From positions 95,294,001 to 95,358,000 of the forward strand of contig JAGIQG010000004.1 of NCBI GenBank assembly GCA_024679065.1: DNA of 64,000 bases. Reading direction: 5' to 3'. The notes under the pieces were generated by a model that saw only the letters and a program-made list of their open reading frames with translations, was not told the origin of the DNA and made no database searches. Positions 14,812-27,234 of the stretch are shown here, in pieces (positions within the stretch are counted from its first letter, which is position 1; every line of letters begins with the position of its first letter). The DNA comes from Sphyrna mokarran. Lineage: Eukaryota. The position numbers and the translations under genes were made by a program.

Positions 14812-14946
14812 TCAGACAGTATTTTCGCAGATTGATGTAATCCCTGCCAGGTACAGCGAGGTGAGAAAACTACCAGAAACACTGATGAAGGGAATGGACA
14901 TAAAAGCATGCTTAGTTGCTTTGTGCACTGCTGGATATAAGAAAGT
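14812..14946 (-). CDS. Possible next or terminal fsip2 exon (44 aa plus stop)
   Basis: Strong acceptor tttcactttcctcttttactacag| at 14946; phase 0 frame open to TGA at 14812. No recognisable homology. Confidence 0.25.
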   Translation of the reverse strand, partial: TFLYPAVHKATKHAFMSIPFISVSGSFLTSLYLAGITSICENTV

Positions 14947-15443
14947 CTGTAGTAAAAGAGGAAAGTGAAATTTCCTCATAGGACAAGATAATCCAAAAGT
15001 TTTCACCAACCCCAAAACGAGGGTGTCAATATTTCCTTTAAATGTAAAATTTCAAAAAAGCAAAAAGGAACTTTTTATGTATGCAAGTTGCTTTTATTTA
15101 CACTAAAGCTTACATTTATTCCACATAATTTGACTGTGAATCCAGAAGTGGGTGAGGCTCAGAGAATGGCATTCTCCATTGGCCTTGTGTGGGATCGTAT
15201 GAATTTCAGGTGGACGTATTGGTAAAATTCCACCCCATAACTCCATGGAAGCCTGGGAATGATGTAGGTAGGAACTTGCTCAGCAGCATTAAAATATTTT
15301 GGACAGTCACAAGTTAATCAAATGCCCAAATCTGGTAATGGGGAGCATCTGTTGAGACATTTTTCTGCAACATTAGTGGGCCACATTCCTAAATCTGTGA
15401 CAAAAGGGAAAACATCACTTGTACTGTATGTGTCTGGGTTTGA

Positions 15444-15465
15444 GTGTGTGTGTGTGTGTGTGTGT
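15444..15465. repeat. (GT)11 microsatellite in a GT-rich tract
   Basis: Visible dinucleotide run. Confidence 0.95.
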
Positions 15466-16034
15466 TTTGTGTGTATGTGGGGGGTGGTGGTGGCAGGAGG
15501 ATGTCTGATTGAGAAATGTGTGAGAGTGCATGTGGAGTTTTGGAGAGAGAACTTGTATATGTGCATGTATATGTGGAAATGAGGGAGTGATGATGTGTTT
15601 GTCTTAGCGTCTTGGGTTTCTCACTAATCCTCATCACCACACACTAATACACACTCACACCATAGTTGTGGATGAATGATTTGAGTGCCTTGAGACTGAG
15701 AGTGAGCCTGGCACACACATTCTGACCTTCTCATACTCTAATGGTCATTTTAATTAATTACTTCTTTTTAATCTTAATTTTTGCTATGACATTGCTTTAT
15801 TCTTGTTCCTTAACAACTTCAAACTTTTTTTTGGAAAATCAGTTTAAAGTTGTGCCAGATCTTATATTTCTGAAAAGAAACGGAAATCCTACCCCTCCAG
15901 CTTCCCCCAAAGCTGAAAGGTCTGCCTTATATCATGTACTTTGAGCAAAACCTGAAAAGAAATTTAACCTAAATATTCTGTATTGTGCCATAGTTCTCTT
16001 ACATTAACAAATAAAAATTATTGTTGTTACATAC

Positions 16035-16709
16035 CATGTCAGTGATTCCTAGAGAAGCAAGTAGCGCCTTAGAGTCAAAGTGTACATGGCTGAATTGTCT
16101 TGAAAATGTCCCAGTTTTACGTGATGAATTTTGACTTTGATCTTCTAAAGGCCTTTCCAATCCATCGCTGATATCAGTTGTTTGTAGATTAAAATTACCA
16201 TCGATTGAATTTTCAAGTAGAAAATCTTTGACATGTATTGCTGTCAATTGACTTCGAAATCCCTGCTGTTCTCTCCTGTGTAGAAGTTCCATGAAAGCCT
16301 CAAGGCTTTTCCTTCTCTCATTTTGTGCAGCATTGTAACGTAGCTTCTCCACTGATAAATCATTAATTGTTTTATCTCCTATGCTGTCCCTCATTTTGAT
16401 GGATGGTGGCTGAGAATAATCCTCTACAATTATATCGTCATTGTTATCAGCATGTTTCAAATGTAAGCTACTTTCAAAATGTTCCATATCAAACAGACCA
16501 ACATCTTCATGTATTATTTCCTCGGTTTCATTGACATTGTCTTCCCTTTCTGTTTCCTCTTCTTCCTGGTCAGTATGTACTCGATCTGCTGGCACATCGT
16601 GGGCTACCAGACGCGTTATTAATTCTGTTTCACTGGTCACATCTTTTAGAAGTTCCACTTTAGAAATGTCAGGGTTGAACAAATTTATGAAGGAGTTTCT
16701 AGCAATTAC
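16035..16709 (-). CDS. fsip2: FSIP2-like gene, downstream coding exon (675 nt, 225 codons)
   Basis: Acceptor tgtgtaacag|GTA at 16709 and donor ATG|gtatgt at 16035, both phase 0. Starts VIARNSFINLFNPDISKVELLKDVTSETELITRLVAHDV, which continues the previous exon in frame and resembles FSIP2 (AVARNSF..KPDITKVELLKDV..LIVRLVAHD). Confidence 0.88.
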
Positions 16710-16808
16710 CTGTTACACATAAATATGCATTAGATGTTTTTTTCAGCAAGATTGAAACAATGCAGTAATTCTTCCCATTATACAGCAAATCATAGAATAG
16801 AATTATAA

Positions 16809-17557
16809 GCTGGGATTTTCTAGTCCTACCAGCAGAGAGCAGTGTTGTGGATGGGACAGGACAATTTGGAGAGCGGCTCACCAATTCCTCCCCTCACCAA
16901 TTGCAACTGCAGAATGGCAGCAGGCCACACTCCATCACCAATCGACTCACTCATGATCTGGCCCTGCCACCTTGGCACTGCCTAGTGCCCAGTGGACAGT
17001 ACCAGGGTGCATAGTGGGCAGTGGTATGGTGCTAGACAGGCAGTGCTAGGGTTCCAGGTTGGTGGTGCCAGATTGGCACTGCCCAAGGAGCACCACTCAT
17101 CTGCCCTTGACCTCCCAGGCAGTCTTAATGGCCTCCAGTTCTACCAGCAAGGCCATTACATCTGATCCCTGTCGCTGGGGATTAGCTGTGATTCTCACCA
17201 GACAGAACCTCTCCTGCTGAGGCCACAGAAGCAAGTGAACTCAGAAATTGAGTCCTGGATTTGCTAATCACACGTAAAATATATTTCAATGTGATTTAAA
17301 TAATTTATTCAGCCTTGCACCAGAAATGGACCCAAGGCTGATCGTGCCAGATACCCAATACCAGTAAAATTGGGAGAGGTGAGAAATTGGGTGTGAACAT
17401 GAATTCTCAACTCTCTCATGATCTTACTGGCTCATTGTGCCCATTAACCAGAAGGAGTGGGGAGGGGGCAATGGTTAGATCGCCCCAAGTAGCTCTCCAA
17501 ATGTTCCCATTCCAGTTGTAATGATGCTTGCCACTTCTGGGACTGGAAAATCCTGCC
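16809..17557. mobile_element. Non-autonomous DNA transposon (Harbinger-type MITE), probably with a second GC-rich element nested inside
   Basis: Terminal inverted repeats gctgggattttctagtcc ... ggactggaaaatcctgcc. Confidence 0.55.
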
Positions 17558-17740
17558 GCTAGAATGCTTACAGTAAGAAGGAAGTCATTTAACCTAATGT
17601 GTTCAAGCAGGCTCTCAACAACAGCAACTCTGCTAGTCCCTCACACACTTGACCTTTCCTCACATCTCGCAATTTTTTGCTCTTTAGGTAATAATCCATT
17701 CCCTCCTGAAAGCCAAGAATGAGTACGATACTCTCTTATG

Positions 17741-17850
17741 TCTCTGATATAATGAGATATCATTATATCAGAGATATTTGATATAATGATATCTCTTTAT
17801 ATCAGAGGTATATCACTTTATATCTCTGATATATTCACCTTATATCAGAG
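17741..17850. repeat. Nested inverted repeats (palindrome cluster)
   Basis: 15-bp perfect stem 17741-17774; 28/29-bp stem between 17742-17770 and 17779-17807; 10-bp stem 17824-17850. Confidence 0.9.
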
Positions 17851-18769
17851 TGTGCTCTGATTCTTGACCCCTCCACAAATGGGAATAGTTTTGAGTGATT
17901 TTATCCCCACAACCCTTTTTGAATTGGAGCATCTCTATCAAAACTCTTCTCAAATTTTTAATTTTGATAAAGAAGAACCACAGTTTCTTCAAGCTATCCA
18001 TGTAATTGAAGTCCAAGAACCATTCTTGTAATTCTTTTCAGTACTGTTTCTGTAACTTTTCTATCCTTTCTAACATGTGATATCCAGAATTGGACACAAC
18101 TGGACCCTCTAGTTGAGGATCTTATAAATTGTCATCATATCTTCCTTGCTTCTGTACTTAATGGATTGGATTTTACACTGGAGGTGAGGACCTCTTGCTC
18201 CCAGTTTAATGGTCAGGATTGGATCCATCCCCAGGCTTGCTGGCTTGGTCTGAAGCCAGTTATTGATAATCAAATCATTTTGAGCAGGTTTTCTGCCCAA
18301 TTAAAAAACAAGCACGATCTCTGAGAGCTACAGGCCAATCAGAAACACCACCTGGTGGTGGGGAGAAATAGGGTTAAGGTGGTGAGATGGCAGGTGGTGG
18401 ACAGGCAAAGAGAGTTGGAAAGCATTAGCCTTTATCCTGCCACAGGTAAATTCCCAGCCAATGTGAGAGGAGATCTTTACATGATCATTAATTGGCCACT
18501 AAGGGGCATCAATTAATTGGTCCATGGACAGGTATGCCTCTTGACTGCAACGCGCAGCATTGAAAATTGCAGTAAGATGAAGGAAGGGAGGTAGACGCTG
18601 GAAACCTTATCCATGGCTTGGTGCCCAATTTTAAGCATCTGCGAGCCTACCCCTAAGTGGTGGAGGGGTGTTGTAAAATCCGAGCCCATGTCATTAGATA
18701 AAGTTTAGATTCCTGTATATCTTTTTAGCCACTTTCAAACCTGCCCCTACCTTTAGTACATAATGATAT

Positions 18770-19130
18770 TCCAGTGCAGTGACAAATTCTTACATGTAAA
18801 TAAGCCCCTTAATGAAGAAAAATATCCAAAGACAATGGCAGGAGCATTATCAAACAAAAATCAACACCAAATCAGAAAATAAAGACATTAACAGGAATGA
18901 CTGAAAGTCTGATCAACGTGACATGATTTAAGAAGAGTCTTAAGGGATGAGAAATGTAGATAGACTGAGAGAATCAAGAGACCAGGAGTCAATGTAAATC
19001 AATAGGCACAAGGGTGAGTAGGAATGCAAAGATATAGACAACTGCAACTTAATTGAACTTGAGTTTATAGAACTTTATAGAAGAGTTCGGAGCGGGCTGG
19101 CCAACACAGCATTAGCATAGTCATGTTTCA
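18770..19130 (-). mobile_element. Decayed L2 LINE 3' fragment
   Basis: Resembles the shark L2 3' end (caggagcattatcaaacaaaaatc..., gagaccaggagtcaatgtaaatc). Confidence 0.45.
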
Positions 19131-21597
19131 TGGGGGAAAACTCTTACTCAGTATTATCTCATCCAAGCAGTGACCATTATTTGGTCAGACATCTCAGCTA
19201 AATTAAACTAACTTCCTGCAAATACAAACAAAAAAAATTCAAATTGATCAGATTTTTATTTTTTCCTTTGGCCTTATTGGGCACCTTTTCCAAACAGAGA
19301 TAGGTATCTTTGGGAGGAAATTGATGCACAGAAAATTTAGATGAAGGATAAATAAATTTCCTAAAATCATAAACAATGCAGTTGGATCTTTAGTAGAACA
19401 AACTTTATTTTTAACCTAAATATATTCTTTGGCAAATCTTCTGAATATATTTTTGCATAATAAAATTGTTTTTGATTTCCAATTATGTTTTTGAGGATCC
19501 TTCTGATAAATTACATAATTGAATGTAAAAGAATGAAGGGAGTTTGGGGGCAAATGAAACAGGATACAAACCTGTTTCATTTGCCCAGTAACCTTTGGTG
19601 ATTGGACCACATTTCTACACTACACTGAGTAGTAAGTTGACAGCACTAAATGTTGACTAGTCACTTGAGAGGGTGGAACATTCAGTGGGCCTGCCATTTC
19701 TTAAATTTCTTCTAAAATTTGGAATTTCTGTTGAGAGTGTATGAATATTGTGTGAGGGAGCACAGGCATGATGTGGTGTCGATGATCAGGGCAATTTTCA
19801 GATGTATGTGCTCAATGAAGAAGTTGGAGCCAGAAAATAGATTGTTTCTCTTAGATGGCAAAAGGTACTACACCAAATAAGTTTAACAGACATGGAGAAA
19901 GGTGGCTAAATAGGTCAATGCCAAGGCTGTCATTCCTGGAATCTGGAATTTTATTGACCACACCATAATTGTTAAGATTGGATCTCTCTTCATATCTCTC
20001 CATTCTGAATAAAATAGCTGGAGATATATGTGCTTGCTCCTGGAGGACTGGTGGAAAATTTTGGTCTTACTATATTGTGAGAGATCAATGTTTTTGTGTG
20101 TGGCGTTGTAGAGGTTGATGATGGTCTGAATGTCACTTGCAATGCAAGCTACAACTGCACAATGTCAGCTGAGTCTTTCAGCACAGAAAAAGGCTCTTTG
20201 GCCTATCGTGAAAATGCTGACCATCAAGTGCCTAATCTATGCTCATCCAATTTTCCAGCATTTGATCCATAGTTTTTTATGCAATGGCATTTCAAATACT
20301 CATCTACATGCATCTTAAATGTTGTAAGGGTTTCTGCCTCTGGCATTTTTCAGGCAGTGAGTTCCAGATTCCCACTATCCTCTGGGTAAAAGTGCATTTC
20401 CTCAAATCCCATCCCCTCTTATGTTAAATTTACGCCCCTGTTCATTGACCCTCTACTAAGGAGAAAAGTTTCTTCCTATCTACGCCTATTTATGTTCCTC
20501 ATAGTAACCTCAAAAAGGTTCTTCCAGCCTTCTCTACTGTAAGGAAAACAACTACAGCCTAACCAGCCTCTCTTCATAGCTAAAACACTCCAGGCAACAT
20601 TCTAATGAATCTCCCGTGTACCCTTTCAAGTGCAAACACATCTTTCCTATAATGTGGTGACCAGAACCACACACAGTACTCTAGATGTGGCAAGTGTTTT
20701 ATTCAGTTCCACCATAACCTCCCTGCACTTACATTCCATATTTAAGCTAATAAAGGCAAGAATCATGTTTGCCTTCTGGACTCCTTATCTACCTATCCTG
20801 CTGCTTTCAGGGATTTTTGGACATGGACCCCAAGTTCCCACTAATCTTCTATACATTCTAGTTTACTACAATTAATCATATCCCTTGCCTTGTCAATCCT
20901 CCCAAAATGCATCAGCTCACATATTTCAGGGTAAAATTCCATTTGCCACTGTTCTGCCCATATGACCAGCCCACCTATGTTGTCTTGTAATCTAACAATT
21001 TCCTGCTTGTTATTTAACATGTCTCCAATTTTTGTGTCATCTGCGTATTGACTGATTATATCTCCCACATTTACATCTAGATCATCAATGTATACTACAA
21101 ACAGCAAGGGACCCAGCACTGACCCCTTTGGACATAGGTTTCCAGTCACAAAAATAACCTTCAAACGTCATCCTCTGTCTCCTATTACTAAGGCAATTTT
21201 GGATCCAATTTGCTAAATTGCCTGGATCACATGGGCTCTTACCCTTCTTGGTCAGTCTCCCATGTGGGGCTTCATCAAAAACCTTACTGAAGTTCTTGTA
21301 CACTGTATCAGCTGCACTGCCCTTATCTACACATCTAGTCACTTACTTGAAAAATAAATCAGGTTTGTTGGACATGATCTACCCCTGATAAATCCATGCT
21401 GATTATCCTTGATTAATCCTTGAATCTCCAAATGGAGATTCACTCTGTCCCTCAGAATTTTTTCCAGTAATTATTACTGGTAACTATTACTGACGTTAGA
21501 CACACTGGCTTGTAATTACCTACTTTTTTTCCTACTTCCTTTCTTGAATAATGATACCACATTAGTAATTCTCTGGTCTTCTGGCATCTTTCCTGTG

Positions 21598-22974
21598 TAG
21601 TAAGAAATCTCACAACACCAGGTTAGAGTCCAATCAGTTTATTTGATAGTAATCTCACAAGCTTTCAGAAAGAGTGTTCCTTCATCAGGTGTGTGGAAAC
21701 TTCTAATCAGAGAAGGACATATAAAGTCACACACAGTTTACAGAATACTGATCAGAATGCAAGTCTTTACAGCTAACCTGCTATTCAAATTTTAAAGATG
21801 CGAACGGAGATAGCGCTAGCATTGGTTAAAGAGATGTGTATTGTCTCCAGACAGGACAGTAAGTGAGATTTTACAAGTCCAGGCAAGTCATGGGGGTTAC
21901 AGATAGTGCAACATGAACCCAAGATCCCAGTTGAGACTGTGCTCATGTGTGCGGAGCTTGGCTATCAGTCTCTGCTCAGTGACTCTACGCTGTCGTGTGT
22001 CGTGAAGGCTGCCTTGGAGAACACTTACCCGAAGATCAGAGACCGAATGCTTGTGACCGCTGACGTGATTGCCAACAGGAAAGAAACAGTCTTGCCTGAT
22101 GATTGTCGAGCAATGTTCATTCATCCGTTGTCGTAGCATCTGCATGGTCTCCCCAATGTACCATGCTTCGGGACATCCTTTCCTGCAGCATATTGGGTAG
22201 ACAATGTTGGCCAAGTTGCAAGAGTATGTGCCACATATCTGTTGGATGGTGTTCTCATGTAAGATGATATCATCCATGTTGATGATCCAGCATGTCTTAC
22301 AGAGGTTGCTGTGGCAGGGTTGTGTGGTATTGTGTCACTGTTCTCTTGAAGGCTGGGTAGTTTGCTGCGAACAATGGCCTATTTGAGGTTGTGCAGTTGT
22401 TTGAAGGCAAGAAGTGGGAGTGTGGGGATGGTCCTGGTGAGATGTTCGTTTTTATCAATGATGTGTTGAAGACTCCAGAGAAGATATCGTAGCTTCTCCG
22501 CTCTGGGGAAGTACTGGATTACGAAGGGTACTCTGTCCACCATGTCCTGTGTTTGCCTTCTGAGGAAGTCGGTGCAGTTTTGTCAAGAAGCAGAGACTGA
22601 TAGCCAAGTTCCGCTCACATCAGAAAGACTTTAACCGGGATCTTACGTTCATGTCACACTATCTGTAACCCCCATGACTTGCCTCGGCTTGTAAAATCTC
22701 ATTTATTATCCTGTCTGGAGACAATACACATCTCTTTAATCTATGCTAATGCTATCTCCAATTAAATTGTCTGTATCTTTAAGACTTGAAAAGCAGGTTA
22801 GCTGTAAAGACTTACATTCTAACCAGTATTCTGTAAACTGTGTGTGACTTTATATGCCCTTCTCTGATCAGAATCTTCCACATACTTGATGAAGGAAAAC
22901 TGTTTCCAAAAGCTTGTGAGTTTACTATCAAATAAACTGGTTGGACGCTAACCTGATATTGTAAGACTTCTTAA
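21598..22974 (-). mobile_element. Penelope-like element, 5'-truncated, with GIY-YIG endonuclease and ~380 bp inverted terminal repeats
   Basis: ORF 21897-22277 has NIVYPICC...AWYIGET...LRQRMNEH...EQRLIAKL (GIY-YIG). 21598-21980 is the reverse complement of ~22588-22974. Confidence 0.92.
21656..21691 (-). ncRNA. Minimal type I hammerhead ribozyme motif in the Penelope terminal repeat
   Basis: Minus strand CAC-CUGAUGA-aggaacacucuuucu-GAAA-GC-UU-GUG: intact core, stem I CAC/GUG, palindromic stem III AGCU, as described for Penelope hammerheads. Confidence 0.7.
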
Positions 22975-23531
22975 TGTGTTTATCCCAATCCACTGCTGGG
23001 CATCTCTACATCATGACCTTTCCTGTGATCAGAGGGAATTTGAAAATTAGTTCAGAGATCCTGTTATCTCCTCTCTTAGTTCACACAGCAGCCTACAATA
23101 CATCTCATTTGGGCCTGGGAATTTATTCATTTTTAAACCCATTAAAATCTCTAACATTTCCTCCCTCTCAATGTTAATCAGTTCAATTATATCACAGATT
23201 CTCTGCCTGCTTTATGTAACTATGTCACCCTTTTCAAAATGTAGGATGCAAAATATTTATTTAATATTTCAACATCTTTCAGTCCACACACAGGCTGTCA
23301 CTTCAGTCCCTCATGGATCCTACTCATTCCTGGTTATCATCTTGCCCATGACATATTTCTAAAAAAATTTGGGACTTTCCTTTATTTTGCCCACCGGTGT
23401 CTCTTTATGCCTCGTCTTCGCTATTCTAATTTATTTTTGAAGTATCCCCCTGCCCTACGACAAGGCAACCATTATTTTGAGCCCTCTGTGTCTGCCATAA
23501 GCCTCACTTTTTTCCTTTATCCAATCCTGCA

Positions 23532-24032
23532 AATAGAACATAGAACATAGAACACTACAGCACAAACAGGCCCTTGGGCCCACAAGTTGTGCCGATCATA
23601 TCCACACCCACCAGGCTTATCTATAACTCTCAATCCCATTAAATCCCATGTACTCATCCAGAAGTCTCTTAAAAGACCCCAGCGAATTCACCTCTACCAC
23701 CACCGATGGCAGCCGATTCCACTCACTCACCACCCTCTGAATGAAAAACGTACCCAGACATCTCCTCTGTACCTGCACCTGTGTCCTCTTGTAGCGACCA
23801 TTTCAGCCCGGGAAATAGCTTCTGAGAATTCACGCTATCTACACCTCTCAACATTTTATAAACCGCTATCGGTTCGCCTCTTAACCTTCGTCATCTCTCA
23901 ATCTTTGTCTCTTCAGGGAGAAGAGACTTAGCTCCCTCAACCTATCCTCATAAGGCATGCCTCCCAATCCAGGCAACATCCCTATAAATTTCCTCTGCAC
24001 TCTCCCAATAGCTTCCACATCCTTCTTGTAGT
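23532..24032 (-). mobile_element. CR1 3' end with (catagaa)n tail inserted in the older CR1
   Basis: tagaacatagaacatagaac tail followed by CR1 3'UTR and ORF-end sequence. Confidence 0.8.
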
Positions 24033-24487
24033 GAGCCACAAATCATTAACATCCTGGGTTCTCTAGACTTCTTTATAGAAACATGTTGGCCATATATTCA
24101 CGCTATTCCCTTTTTAAATGACCCTCACTGCTCTGATATTGAATTTGCAGCAAGAAGCTTCTCCCAGTTCATTTTGGCCAAATCCTGTCCTTTTATATTA
24201 AAATTGGCCTTCCCCCAATTCAGAATCTTTTTTTTCAGTCTATCTTTGTCCTTTTCCATAACTACCTGAAATCTTACAGAATTATGCTCATTTTCATCAA
24301 AATGCTCCCCACTGACTCTTCTACCACATGCCCAGTTCCATTCCCTAAAATAAGATTTCTGTAGGGTTTTAAATGTGCTAGCTCAAAAAGCTCTGCTGCA
24401 TACATTTTAAGAATTCCACCTGTTCTAAGCTTTTCACAGTTTGCCGACAGTGGAAAAATTGAAATCCCCTTCTATCATAAATTATAT

Positions 24488-25340
24488 GGGGGCAATCTTA
24501 CCAAAACAGTTCTAAGTATCAAACAAACATGAAAATGGGAGACAATCATGCCCATTTTTTGGCAAGCTCTCTGAAACAAAGGTATAACACTTAGTGCAAA
24601 ACAATATTTCAAATGTGAATTTCCCGGAGAGGGAGTGGGAGGAGCCAATTCTCACTGAGAAGCTGGTGCTAAGCTCTTGGGGTACAATTGCACAGGTGCC
24701 CCATCTCCCAGTGCACTATGGGAGATCTGTCACTGCCCCCCTGCCCTCTGGACATCATCCTGTCCCACTCCCAATTGCCACCCTGATCACCGCTCTTGCT
24801 GACTGATGTCCAAACACCACACAAGTGCCACCTCCGTCCCAGCCAATTGCCACTTCTAATCTGATCACATTCCCTGATCGCCACCCCAGCCGATCCCCAA
24901 CCCCCAACTGCCGTTGCAGCCAATTGCAGCCTCCACCAACCCTGATCACCACACCAGCTGATGCCCACACTCCCCGATGCAGAGTACCCTGCACCCTCCC
25001 CCCTATGGAGTTTTCCCACACCACCCCATCTCCTTTAGGCCCTACCCCATTAAGGCCTCATCCCTCCAGCTCATGTCTCACCTCTGGTACTGCTCCTGCC
25101 TTGTCTGGTGGGCAGTGCCAGGGTGGCTGTTGGGAACTGCCAGGGTGTAGGCTGTCAGGCTGCCACTACCCAAGGGACACTTCCTGGCCCTGCCTCCAAC
25201 CACCCAGAGACTTCAATGACCTCTATTCCAATTGATGAGGCCATCACATGGTGGGAATCATACATGATCCTCGGCGGTGAGGACATCAACTGGTGAGCAG
25301 GTAAGTACGAGTGAACCGGACAATAATATCTGAACATATT
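24488..25340. mobile_element. GC-rich non-autonomous DNA transposon
   Basis: Starts ggggcaatcttacc; internal ggcagtgccaggg motifs shared with 3890-4050, 16960-17260 and 49780-49900. Confidence 0.45.
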
Positions 25341-26079
25341 TAAATTAGCTACTAAATATTGAGCTGCTGTTCAATTTCAGAAACTCAGCTTTCAAACTAA
25401 TCAAATCAATGGCACTTTGGGCAAGTGTTGTCCAGACTGGAAGAAGTGTCTAAGAATTCTCATATACTACAGGTCGGGCAAAATACGGGATTAAACTTCC
25501 AGGTCATACTTATGGTTAGAAGACTGTTATCTTAAATATATGCCAAGTAGAAAATGATCTAAATTATTTTTTGAAAAGCTAGAACTCTTACCTTTTCTTA
25601 CTGTAGTTTTTATAAAGTACATATACTTTATAAAACAAATTAGTCATAACTACCAATCAACTCTCTCCCTTGCAACTTCACTTCTGCAAGAGCCAGGATC
25701 ACTTCCTGAAGAACAAAAAGTTAGGAAAACAAGAGAACCTCCTTTCTCTTTACACTAAATTCTCTCTTTGCATCAACTTCCCAAATATACACTGACTTTG
25801 TTTCACTTAGGTAATGTTTCTCCCAACTACTTGTGTATTCACTTACTGTAAGTCATATTGTAAGTTATAGATATGCTGAATGGTCAACTTAAGTCTTGAC
25901 TCTCAGCCAAGATTAGAAGGTTCCCATTAAATTAAAATTCAATTATTAGCTCTTTTGAAAGTTGGTCAGGAAGAATTTCCATGACCAGGCTCAGTAGATA
26001 GGGAAAAGAGTTGATACAATCACACAGCCTTATCTTACTGGATACCTGTCCAAATAGAAAAGGGCTCAGTCTCTAATCC

Positions 26080-26370
26080 ATTGCAAAGTCAGACAAGCAC
26101 CTATATCTCCAGTAATTGCCATTGATGCGAAGTCTTTAGAAGTTGTTGAGCACTTCCCATGCTTGGCAGCCACCTTTTTCAAATGGTCACCATCAAAAAA
26201 GAGATTCAACATAGAATCAGCTGTACTAGTACAGCCTTTCAAAAACTCTCACAACTGTGGCTGGAACTTTTTTGCCTCAGCTTACTATGGGGCCAGCCAG
26301 TGGTTCATTGACTTTCAGTGGAAATGGAAATTAAATCTGAGCCTTGTCTTTGACAAGAGATATCCATAAT
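26080..26370 (+). mobile_element. RTE LINE fragment, decayed
   Basis: LEVVEHFPCLGSHL and EIQHRISCTSTAF remnants. Confidence 0.5.
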
Positions 26371-26460
26371 TAGACATTGGGTGGGATTTTCCGTATGCCC
26401 CTGTGGTATGCTTTGTGATGGTGGAGGTTTTCCCATTTTATATAACTTCCTGCCACAGTG

Positions 26461-26700
26461 AACATAAGAACATAAGAAATAGGAGCAGGAGTAGGCTATC
26501 TAGCCCTTCCAGCCTGCCCCACCATTCAGTAAGATCATGGCTGATCTGAAGTGGATCAGTTCCACTTTCCCACTTTCTCCCCATAACCGTTAATTCCCTT
26601 GTCTATCAGAAACCTATCTACCCTTGACTTAAATATATTCAGCAAGGTAGCCTCCACCACTTCATTGGACAGAGAATTCCAGAGACTCATCACCCTTTCA
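26461..26700 (-). mobile_element. CR1 3' end inserted in a MITE (26379-26748)
   Basis: aacataagaacataagaaataggagcaggagtaggc tail; ORF-end VMSLWNSLSNEVVEA; flanking TIRs gggtgggattttcc / ggaaaatcccacc. Confidence 0.8.
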
Positions 26701-26824
26701 GGGTGAAACCCTTGGCATGGATAGTTGGCAGGACTGGAAAATCCCACCAGCAAAAATGGTCGGAAAATTCAGGCCAAAGGCTTAAGTCTACAGTCTTGTT
26801 GTTATCATCACAATTCCAAATGGC

Positions 26825-27125
26825 AATTCTAAGTGGAATTGTTATTAGGCTAAGTAATTCAGAGGTCCAAGCTAATACTTTGGGAACACAAGTTCAAAAT
26901 ACAACATGGCAGCTGGAATTTAAATTCAATTAACACATCTGGAATTAAAAGCTAATGTTAGTAATAGTGACCAAGAAACCATTGATTATTGTCATAAGGA
27001 CTCACATCATTCATAAATATCTTTTAGGGAAGGAAATCTGCTGATCTTACCTAGTCTGACATTAATATGATGACTATTGTTGAATCTTGAATGCTGTCTG
27101 AAATAACTCGGCAAGTCAATCAAAT
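26825..27125 (+). mobile_element. tRNA-derived Deu-core-like SINE (SacSINE1-like)
   Basis: Core ttttagggaaggaaatctgctgatcttacctagtctg; inverted relative at 27235-27705. Confidence 0.5.
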
Positions 27126-27234
27126 CGCAAGAATATAAAAGGAATTAAAGCTGATAGACCATGAGCCATTAACCTAGCCACCAGAAACGACAATGGCAGA
27201 CCCAACCCTGTCGATCCTGCAAACTCTTTTGTTT

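Larger units (their letters stand above)
20170..24475 (-). mobile_element. CR1 LINE (~2.5 kb of its own sequence) interrupted by a Penelope element and a younger CR1 3' end
   Basis: ORF pieces KGSVLGPLLFVVYIDDLD, YADDTKIG, WAEQWQMEF, FSKVFDEAPHGRL; CR1 sequence resumes after ~23000. Confidence 0.88.

Noticed and set aside
15318-15640. ORFs with HT or CV repeats
   Set aside because: Derived from the GT microsatellite.
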